Shown: positions 8,063-18,100 of the stretch, piece after piece | How positions within the stretch are numbered: position 1 is the stretch's first letter | Layout of the letters: every line of letters starts with the position of its first letter | Source of the DNA: a virus | Taxonomy: Duplodnaviria > Caudoviricetes | DNA: 47,076 nucleotides | IMG/VR virus record: IMGVR_UViG_3300027644_000022 | Coordinates: 1-47,076 of that record | Reading direction: 5' to 3' (one strand) | Program-made: the position numbers and the translations under genes | The notes under the pieces: generated by a model | Databases searched by the model: none | The model's input: only the letters and a program-made list of their open reading frames with translations | What the model was told of the DNA's origin: nothing

Positions 8063-8329
8063 ATGGAAGAGTTTGATGATATAGATGAAACAAGTTCTGA
8101 TGAAATGCAGGAAGCACTTCTGATCAATGGAGATAGCCAATCTGGCACAAGCTTACTTAAGATATTTATTGCCGCCGCGGTCATAGATAATAACGGCAAG
8201 CTAGAGATAAGCCGTAAGGCTATGAAAGAGTTTACCGATTTATGCAAACAAGCTGGTAACTTTGAACTTTGGGCAGAGCCTAGCGAGAACCACGAATCTT
8301 TAGACCTGACAATCGAATGGCACGAGTAG
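8063..8329 (+). CDS. acidic hypothetical protein
   Basis: 88-aa ORF, TTGACA at 8029 upstream. Confidence 0.6.
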   Translation: MEEFDDIDETSSDEMQEALLINGDSQSGTSLLKIFIAAAVIDNNGKLEISRKAMKEFTDLCKQAGNFELWAEPSENHESLDLTIEWHE

Positions 8330-8346
8330 TAGCCCTACTGCTACTC
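8324..8346. terminator. hairpin between convergent genes
   Basis: GAGTAGTAG-CCCTA-CTGCTACTC 9-bp stem (one G-U); weak U-tract. Confidence 0.45.
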
Positions 8347-8359
8347 ATTGCCCCCTTGT

Positions 8360-8854
8360 TTATCTTACGGTTACTGCTTGTCCTTGGAGCTTATCTTCTT
8401 CTTCGGGCTTGGCCGCGGGGTTTGGTTTGGTTGCAAGCTCGCTGTAGAATCTGTTAACCCCAGTTAGCCAATTGCTGTTTAAGCCTGAGGGGTCATTCTC
8501 TGCACCCTTCGGGGCGTAGACATCCGCAAGCTTTTCCACGCTACCACCAACTTGGTCTAAACGACGCTTTAGGTTTTGTGCGGAATAGAGTAACCCAGCA
8601 TCTAGTGATTCAAACTTCTTGAGCTTAGTCCATTTTGATTTGGGATCCATTATACCAGCCGGGTTATTATAGTTTTGAATAGCATTACTTGTACCCCTAC
8701 CAGTTTCGTGGGCAATGACCGCAGCAAACAGATCAGGGCTTATCCCCGCAGCAGAGGCTGCTTGTACAATCATACCAGTCTTCCCAGCTAACGCCCCCTT
8801 GGTAAAAACCTTTTCTAGTTTTTGCGTCCCCCTTGAATCTGTTCCTAGTCCCAT
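8360..8854 (-). CDS. GH73 glucosaminidase-like peptidoglycan hydrolase
   Basis: GISPDLFAAVIAHETG.GTS...NNPAGI...F.S...G...YAP..A.NDP..LN..W...V motifs. Confidence 0.85.
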   Translation of the reverse strand: MGLGTDSRGTQKLEKVFTKGALAGKTGMIVQAASAAGISPDLFAAVIAHETGRGTSNAIQNYNNPAGIMDPKSKWTKLKKFESLDAGLLYSAQNLKRRLDQVGGSVEKLADVYAPKGAENDPSGLNSNWLTGVNRFYSELATKPNPAAKPEEEDKLQGQAVTVR

Positions 8855-8892
8855 ATTTGTATTGTTTAAAGGTTAAGTTTTTAGTTTAGTGT

Positions 8893-8910
8893 ATGACTAC
8901 TTTTGGTCAA
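8893..8910. promoter_or_regulatory. (A)TGAC-N8-GTCAA palindrome within a - strand promoter TTGACC-N16-TAAACT
   Basis: ATGACTACTTTTGGTCAA upstream of the glucosaminidase. Confidence 0.55.
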
Positions 8911-8962
8911 GACGCTACCTTTATGATAGCGTTGATGATCAATAATAATTGAAGGAGATAAT

Positions 8963-9190
8963 ATGAAGCAGAAAAAGAAGATAGAGAATCCGAACATGAA
9001 ACCGATACCCCGCATCTGGAATGACCACCCGTTTGTTATGCTTGTGTGTTGGCCTCTGACTATGAGTGTTGTAATAATTCCGACAATGTTTGTTGTCGGT
9101 TATTTTGCCCTAGGGGTTTGTTACCTACTTGAGTTTATTCGCTTTCTCAGTTCTAGCTTGATCCAGAATATCTGGGCTGTTTTTAATTAG
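8963..9190 (+). CDS. small membrane protein on the strand opposite the late operon
   Basis: GAAGGAG SD; basic N-terminus followed by a long hydrophobic stretch. Confidence 0.55.
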   Translation: MKQKKKIENPNMKPIPRIWNDHPFVMLVCWPLTMSVVIIPTMFVVGYFALGVCYLLEFIRFLSSSLIQNIWAVFN

Positions 9191-12100
9191 CTTACCTTTG
9201 GCTATTGCATTGGCTCTTTGAGTCACAGCACTCATGTAGAGTTGTGCCTCGCCACTGGTCATGTTTTGCAAACGCTCAATGGTTTCATTGTTGTTGAGCA
9301 TCTTCCCAAGCTCTTCAGCCCGAGTGATTCTGAAATCCGCATATTGTTCGTCAGTCATTTTGACCACCCCGAAGAGTTTGTCTTTCTTGGGGGCAGAGGG
9401 TAGTGCGTTTTTCTCTATAAGTGTTTCAACGAGAGAGGAACGCTTTGCAAAGCTCATCGGCCTAAACTGCATCGATACTGGGTTGCCCAGCATATCTAGC
9501 TCGGTTTTACCATAGAACTGACGAACAATCGGGGTGTTGGCCACAAAAGCACCCTGCAATATCCCCTCTCGAGCCGTCCGCTGTGTTGAGCCGAAGACCC
9601 CCAGAAGTTGATCCATATCTCGAAGGAAGTTTGGTATGACGATTGCAGAGCCAATTCTCGAACCGAAGGACTTGAGTTTAGCCAACGCCCTTTCTGGCTC
9701 GCTGGGGTTGAGCATTTCAAAGATGTCGCTCAGAGAAGACAAGAAGTTCATATCAAACATAATTGTGGCCATACGATGACCCATCGCCAATGCCACGTCG
9801 GTAGGGGCTTTTTCGTTGAAATAGTCGTAGGTTTCGTTGTCCTTGAATAACCCTACTGCGGACAAGCCTATCGCGGCTGGTGAAAAGGTATAACTAAGGT
9901 ATGTCCCACGCTCTGTGTTGGGTAGCCGCACAAAGATTGAGTTTGGCTTCCAACCCAATCTGTTCTTCAGCAACTCCTTCTGAGCAGATTCTTTTGGACC
10001 CTGCCCATTGATACAGAACTCAAACCCGAATTGCTCGTAATTCCCACAGAATATTTCGTCCAACAACATTGAGAAGAAAACCGAAGATAATCCCAATACC
10101 CCACGGGCGAAGGTTAAGTCTTGTTGCACTTTCCTCTCATCGGCTGTGCCTTCAAATTGGGAAGCGAATTTACCAGCCAGATGTTTCCCAAAGATTTTAG
10201 GAAGACCCTTCGCTCTTACGAGTCCCCATCCCGTCATATCAATACCCTGGTTCCAGACATTGGCCACGATTCTGGTGAACGGCACAATAACGGCAGACTT
10301 AAGCGGGTGTTCCTTGGAGAAACCAGCAATCATTCGGTGCATTGTGCCTAGGAGACCCGTTGGCTCCTCATTGAAGGTCATCTGTGTCCCAGAGATCTGA
10401 CCCGCGGCCGATATGGCGGGATTATCCTTTTCGGTGTTGTCGTCAACGATCTCTTGAATCCTTATATTCTGCTCAATTCTTTCCATCGCCCCCTTCTTAG
10501 TAGTTAAGGGAGCTTCAACCGTGTATCCTTCTTGCTCAGCTTGAGATCTTGCCGCTGAAAGTTTTTGTGAGTTTCGGAAGGTATACTCAAGGGCTGCGGC
10601 CGTCGCCTTCTCCCCCTTCAACCCCGCTTCGTATGCTTGCGTTAACCCTGCCTCAAACAAGAAAAGCTCTTTATTGAAGTTGTAGAAGGCCATATCGACA
10701 GCCGTCATAGCTCTTCGGATTGAGCTGGCGACAGTCGAACCTATCTTTATTGCTTTCTGTTCAACTGTATCCCCAGTTGCGTTCCTTGCCGCCACCTCAA
10801 AGAAGTCTGTCCCAGCCTTACCAAAGAATTTCGGATCAGACTTTCTCGTCCCACTTCTCCCAGTTGCAAGAATGTTCCCAGCATCCATAAACGACAACTG
10901 CAATGCTCTAAACATTATGCCAAGCTCGGCCTTATTCGCTGACCGATTGGTTCCCGTTCTGTAGAGAGCTTTCAGTAGCAAGGGGAGCGACATGATCATT
11001 GTGTTGGAAGCATTACCCAAGATGTTCGCGGCTTGAGTCCCGAACCCCGATAGAATAGAAACATACCACCAGGCTTTAGTAAAATTATAGGCATTAAGTT
11101 GTGTTTCATTTGCGATAAGGGATAGGGCGTCGCTAATCTTTTCGTCCTTGCGGTAACCTACAAGCTTGTTCGCCTCCAACATTATCTTCATCAACTTTTC
11201 GTTAACTTCTGGCTTAAGCTTGTTTAGACCTTCTTGCCTCTGGAATTCGTTCCAGGCTCCACTATTACTGAAGAGACCAAGTGCTTGGTACTCAACAAGG
11301 CGGTTTATAAATCTTAAAAGAGAAGGCTCTAATGTTTTATCTGCATACCGCTTTAGGAGTTTCTCAAGTTTTGCGGAAGACTCTTTCTCTACGATCTCTC
11401 TAATCTGTAAAGCAATTGCCTGGGTAAGGCGTTCGGATAGGGGCACAACTGGTACACGCTTTGAGGGCTCTTCCTTACGCATATCCTCATCGCGTTTTTC
11501 AAACTCTACACCCCCAACCTCCTCTTCGTCCGCCCCCAGTCCGGCCTCTTGCACAAGCTCCCTAGCCAAGGAGTAAGCATGGTTGGCAAGCTTACCCTCT
11601 TCGTAATGGGATCGGATGAGGTCTTCAATCTTTACGCCCCTCAAACTAATATATTTCTTAAGCTGGGGCATTGTGAATGGCGAGTTCAGCACTAAGCCCA
11701 AGTAGCTGTTGAATAGCTCGGCTAGCTCTGGGTTGTTGGCCGTCTTGGCCCGGATCGCATCACTCATCGTCTCCCAGCTCCGAAGAGCTCGTGGCCACCG
11801 GGTTAACATCGCCTTAAAGTCTTGCTTCTGCTTGTTCTCTCGCTCCTCTTGATGGATCTTCTCTTGTTCCTGAATGGTCTTTGAGGCAAAGACTTCGTCG
11901 GTGACAATTCGAGGGTCTCTTATGTTCCGACCCTGCTCTTTCGCAAGAGACATAAAGGTACGCTTGATTTCGCGACTCATCTCTTGGGCGGCTTGATTGA
12001 TTGTTTTTGCGTTCTCAAGCCGTTTTACACCACGCTTTTGCCCGTCGGTCATTTGTTCGAATGGGATTCCAGCGTCTTGTGCGGCAACAGCCTCTGCCTC

Positions 12101-15100
12101 CTCGAGCTGTTTTTCGGAGTTACTTACTAATGCTTGACCCAACTGGTTCGCAAACTCTTCCCAGAATGTCATAGTGTTCTTTTCAGACACTCTTTTCTTA
12201 GATTCATCCGCCGCATTTTGAGCCTTACCCAGCAACCCGCTCATTCGGTTTAAGACCTCATCGATTGTCCCAGCGGGTAGGGAGGATAGCTCTGCCTTCA
12301 CCCTATCGAAAAACACATTGAACCTGTCTCGGATCTCTCGATTGGTTTCGTCGCTCTTCTTTTTGTACAGCATCAACATGCCCTCGGGGGTCAAGTTGCT
12401 CCAAAATGAAAGGGCTCGTAAGGCTCGGCCAATGCCGGAGCTTTGTTCCAAGAACTTGTCTGTGAAAGCCAAGAGATCTTCGAGGATTCTGGGGTCTTTG
12501 TCTTTTGCGTAGGCTTGATTAAGAGCGACAATAATCTTCTGAGCCAACAGCTCCCTTGACCCATGTTGCAAGGGACTACCATCCGATAGTGCTGCGTCCA
12601 TCGATCCCCGTATTCCGTTTTTCTCCAAGTAGCTTTGTGCCTCGGCCTCGGTCATGGCGTCTGGGATCGGTTCGTAGTCAAGACGCTTGAGTTTGTCGTA
12701 AACCTCTGTAACCAATTTACTCTTAATCCGTACCCCAAATCTCCGTGGAAGGCTGGCACCCAGCATATCTGTATCTTCCCGCCCTCGTGTGCTCTTGGCT
12801 CCAGGCGCCAACCTTTGACCGACATAATAGAGATTTTCGCTAATATATTCTTTGCCAATGTTCTTTGTCCGCAATTGGTTTGCGGTCATGTAGGAGTAAG
12901 TCACTAGATTTTCTGGCGACTCGTAACTCGCAAAGGTAATCCCCTCCCTTTCAAATTCGTTCCAAAGAGTTTGACCATTCTTTTTTACTAGGCTCGCTTT
13001 GGCCATTGCCATTTGTGTCGGCTTTAAGTCGTTCTTCTGCTCAACGCTTTGAAACTTACCAGAATTCATTACGGACTTAATTGCATCAGGACGCCACGAC
13101 AACACATTGACCACCGCCTTATTTCGATATTCAACTAGAGCTTTCTCTAATTCTTCTCTGATTTTTGCCTCTCTTACTGCGTCTTTCGCATTCATCGCTT
13201 CGTTTAACGCCTCAAGATGCACAGTAACCGAACGAACATCACTTGTAGTTGCTCCTTCGATCTCAGTTGTAATCAGCCCATCAAACCCAAGGTTTACTAT
13301 CGCTTCTAAGGTTGAGTATTGGGGAGACCCAAAATACATCGCCTTCTTTTGGCTCTCTGAGATATTCTCTTCACTGCTAACAGGCTCTGGGTATTCAAAG
13401 TCTTTATCCACTTTTTCGAAGAGAGACCAGTCCGTGAATCCGTTTTCTAAAGCCATTACCGCAGCCGGGTTTAAGGAAAAGCCTTGGCCTACTGCCCCAG
13501 CATAGCCTTTTAACTTCTGAATGTGGTCGGGGTTTTTTGCATCAAAAGGATTTGTGCTTTTAACGTATACTGGAATTACAATCTGCTCATCATACTCCAC
13601 TCTTGAATTAGCTTGAGCCCAGTTCTCGGCAAACTGGCGACTGGTCGAAGTCCATTGACCCCTAAAAGTGTTACTGGTTGTTTGTGCTCGCATTGGCCAG
13701 AAAGGATTTTGATAGTCTCTAGCGCCCTTGTTGTTTTTATAAGTATTGCTAAGAAGCCTATTTGAGTAGTTTGTTCCGTGGTATTGCACTTCAGGTTCAC
13801 CAGACTCATCGAGGATCTTGCTCGTGCCCAATCCCTCTGGGTATTTCTCCCAATCCCCGAACCACATTTTGAATTGTGGAGTTCTTTCTAGGCGATAGCG
13901 AAACTCCGACTTTGGTATCGAACGGATTACCCCACCCTTTGAATCCCGTACTTTAATTTCAGAGGGTAATCCCGTAGCTGCGTTGATCAACCTTCCACTC
14001 GCATCCCGAGTAATCTCAACCGCTTCCATCGCTTTTGCTAGACCGTCAAAGTATTCGGTAACCTCGGCATCCGTTTTTCCAGTATTTTTGGGCATAGTGT
14101 CCAAGGCACTAAATTGGTCAACCATCCATTGCAATCTCTGCGCCATAATCGGCTGGAGCCTTTTAGGAACTGAGTTAAGAATCTCGTCACTATTGAGAAC
14201 TAAATCGGATATTTGAGCTACCATCTGCCCCATCGATAAGTTTAGACGAGGGTATTTAGTTTGGAGCTCGGCAAAGGTATCAAAGAAGAATGGGTTCTTG
14301 GGCAGTCCCCGCGCCCGGATGTCAAAGGTACCCCCGTTGTCTATGCGATAAACAGAGTGACTCTTAACTGCGGGTTCACCAGTTACGATGATGTCCTGGT
14401 CAAACACATCCTCGTGCCCAACAATTACGTTGTCTAGGTCTTGGCCAAGAACATCGTAGTTAAAGAGGTAAGCATCAATAATCAACCCATCACCGATCTG
14501 CTCGTAGACCTTCTCCACAATGCTGGAATCCACGGGCCCCATCATCTTCTCAAACTCCCCTAGAGTTGGCCCATAAACGAATTCCGCAATCTTGGCTGGT
14601 TCTCCATTCTCTAATGTAATTAGTTTAGATTCGGCAACTGGGTAGTTTAGGAGTTTGTAGATTCTCTCAGCAGCTATTTCGTTTTCAAATTGTTCAAGGC
14701 TCTGACCCCGTTTGACGATATACTTCACTCCATCCTCGTCGGCATAAACCCGAACATCGAATGTTCCAGCTCGAGTTTCTATTTCCTTTAAGCCATCAAG
14801 ATTGTCGGGCAACTCTCTCCAATCGAAACTGAATTTGGGTTCAGATGTCGAGAAGCCCCTACGAGGCATAGCCACACCAAGTTCATCTTTTTCGGGTACC
14901 TCGTATATAACCCTTGATTTAGCTCTTCCCCCTAGTCCACTTAGGTCTTGGATAAGGTTGACCTCCTCGTTAATTGCCGTTTCAAAGAGCTGGGTCATTT
15001 GCTCTTGGCTTGGGTTACCCTCGATATAAAGATTGAAGGCATCGCCAACTACCCGCACCCATCCTTTCTTAAACATTTCTTGTAAGGGCAACTGCTGACG

Positions 15101-18100
15101 ATCAATCCTCTCAAGTGGATCGAGCAAAGCCCAGGTAGTCAGAAACTCAGACTTGGGTTCGTTCTCCCGCATCCACTCTAGGGCGGCATCAGCGTGCCCG
15201 CCCACAGAGGTAAATTCCCGCACTGCGTCTTCATCAACTTCCTGAACACCCCCATCCGGCTTTAACCAGTATGGCCGATCCGTGGGCATTGAGGCTCCGA
15301 GCATTCTCGGTAATGCGGCACCGAGTGTGGGGGTATCGTCCTCTAATTTTGGTTTCTTACCCAGTTCAGAAAGCTTTTCTTTAATCGCTTTTACGTACTC
15401 AGCCTTTTTCCAGAAAGGTAACTTAAATATCTTTTCTTCGGTCTTTCGTGTTTTTTCGTTAAACACGGGAACCTTCCGCTTGGTCAAAGGAACTTTGATA
15501 CCTAGTTCTTTGGCGTATTGTTTGAGGAAAGGAAGGCTTGCTGATGATAAGCCAGTTCTCTCTTTTTCTGCTTCTTCCCGAGCACGTTTGGCTTCACCCT
15601 TAACTGGTTTCGTTTTCTCGAGTAATGTTTCTTTTTTGGGTGGGTTATAGTTTAAGGATACGGGTTTAGCTTCATTGGGTCTCAATATGCTCCGAGAAAC
15701 CCTTTGAGACATTCTAGCGGTAGCGTCAGCCGTGGCTCTTAGAAACTGCTGTTCGGCTTGGGTCTTACCCGTAATCGTGTAAAGAAAGTCTCGGATCGCA
15801 TCGAAGAATCTAAAGATAAACCGACGATCACCCATCTCCACTTCTCGTAAGATCGCCTCGACATCAACGCTGAGTGCTTCCGTTATTGTGCCAATCATTG
15901 CGTTTTGCGTGTTCATACGCATGAACTCGAAAACCAATCTGAAGTCGGCGTTTACACCAGTAAAGGGTTTGCCCTCATTGTAGAGTTTCTCGATTTTTCT
16001 TTTAAGGCCACGACGCCTTTTGATGATTTTAGCTATCCGCTTTGTTTCGTTCTTTCGATGCTGTTGGGCTGAGATGCCAAGACTCTTCGCCTCTTTGGCT
16101 AACAAGAGTAGGTAATTGTGGTGAGCCACCTCTTCGGTGATCGCCAAGAATGCGTAGGTTGCAAATTCTTTACCAACCCCAATCCTTCGGGCGGCTTCCG
16201 CAAGATACTTCGGGTTGACTCTTATTGTGGGTATTGTGGAATTCTCATCAACATCGTCGGGAACAACTCCTACTGGACGGCCGCTGGTCTCATCGAGAAT
16301 ATACTTTGCGGGATACCCAGACGAAGTAGCTGCCTTAACAAACGCTTGAACCGCCTTTGACGCATTTGCTGCGGTTAATCTTGGGTCGATGGAAACAGGG
16401 TTCGGAGTTTCTCGCTGCTTCTCGCCCACCCCTGGTCTACTTCCGCTAGGTCGTGTACCAGTTCCTTGATCTCCTGCATTGATAGGTTCGGCTCGTCCTC
16501 CAACATTTTCATTAGGGCTGGTGCCCCCGAGTTCGCTGTCATTGCTTTTTCTAGCTCGTCCGCGAACCTTACTTGTTTCAGTTTGTCCAGAGAGCTTGGA
16601 TTTACTCCGGGGAATAGGTTGTCTAGTTCTGGGCTTTTCATTTTCGATTCCTTTCTGAATGTTGTTTAATCTCGTAGCAATTTGTCCGTCCTCAATTAGC
16701 CCCTCTTCTAAAGGGATAATGATTTCCGAAGTTATCCTTGCTCGGGTCGCTGTATCTGTATTTGGGAGTGCGTCGATAATTGCTTGCTTAACCGAGAAAC
16801 TAGCATCGAGAGCTCGAACTCTGTCAGCTAGGTTGGCAATTACCTGGCGAAGTTCGCGTTCTTGTTTTTTATTCGCCTCTTCAGTAGCTTTTCGTTCCCG
16901 AGCCGCCTTGCCTTCTGGCGTCATAAGCATCTTCAGTTTTTCGGGGCTTACTCGAATATTCTCTTCGTTTAGGATTTCGGCAATTTGATCAATGGTCTTA
17001 TCGACGAATTGCCCAACCCTCTTATCACTTACTGGTCTTTCAAGAACCTTGGAGAGATATTCCGCCAACTCCTTGTAGCTTTTGATCTTCCCCAGCTCGG
17101 TGTCTGCACCGATCATCGTGTCGATAATCCAATCGATAACTAGTTTTACCTCTGGTCCGCTTTGTTCCCGAATTACTGATGCCGCCGAACGCAATTCGGC
17201 AACGGCTCTGGAGTCTTCAGGAGCACTCTCTTTGGCTTGAGGCACCTGAATTCCGCTTGGCTTGGCCTCTTCTTTGGCGGCCTCGGGTTGGGTAACACTT
17301 CCCTCGGCTACTACGGGACCCGAGAAGTCGGTCGGGATCTCTTTCTTGGCCTCTTGAGCCCTCAGGGCATCTAGTGCGGCACGCCTTGCGGAGAAGTAAA
17401 CATACTTGCCGATATTTTCCTCGTCCGCATCCATCTCTTCCCCCTTTTGGTTGAAGAGGAGTGGACGATTATTCTCTCTCGACGAGAAGATTCTCGCGGC
17501 AATTCTCTCGATCAATCTTCCGTAGATCTCGTCCGCCCCATCCACCAAGTTTGGGTACTCACTTGCGACCTGCTGAGAAATCTTTTTGGCCAACCTAAGG
17601 GCTTGATCCCTAAAAGAGATTTGATCCCCTGAAAGATCGGGTATCGAGAATATCTTCGCCAACCTCCGAACCTTGCCCTTTCTCTTGCTGGTTGCCTTGC
17701 TCTCTTCTGTGGGTAGGGGGTTTTCTGCGGTTGGAGCCTTTTGCTCGGGCTTGGGTAGTTCGAGTTTCTCGATCTTCCCGTAGAGATCTGTGAGTGCCCG
17801 GTAATAATCTAACGCTTTCCAACCAACTTTCGGTTGGATCTGATCTTCCGTAGGCACTTGGCTGTTGATTTCAGAAGTGATCTTCCTGAGATACTTAATT
17901 TGTTTCTGGTTTTTCTTAATGTCTTCAAACTTTGGGAGGGGCTTGGTTTCCGAAGTTACGGGCGCCATAACGGGGGTGGCAACTACTGGGGCAACTTTGG
18001 GTTGTTCAATCTTCGCTTCTAATGCAGGAGCGACAGCCTTTGCACCTTTTTTAGAAGGTTTGGGTTTAATGGTCTCGACAGGAGTGGCAACTTGCGTTTC

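Noticed and set aside
8855-9127. Stop read-through fusing the giant protein to the in-frame glucosaminidase
   Set aside because: The frames match, but another in-frame TAA lies at 8873-8875 and the glucosaminidase has its own promoter
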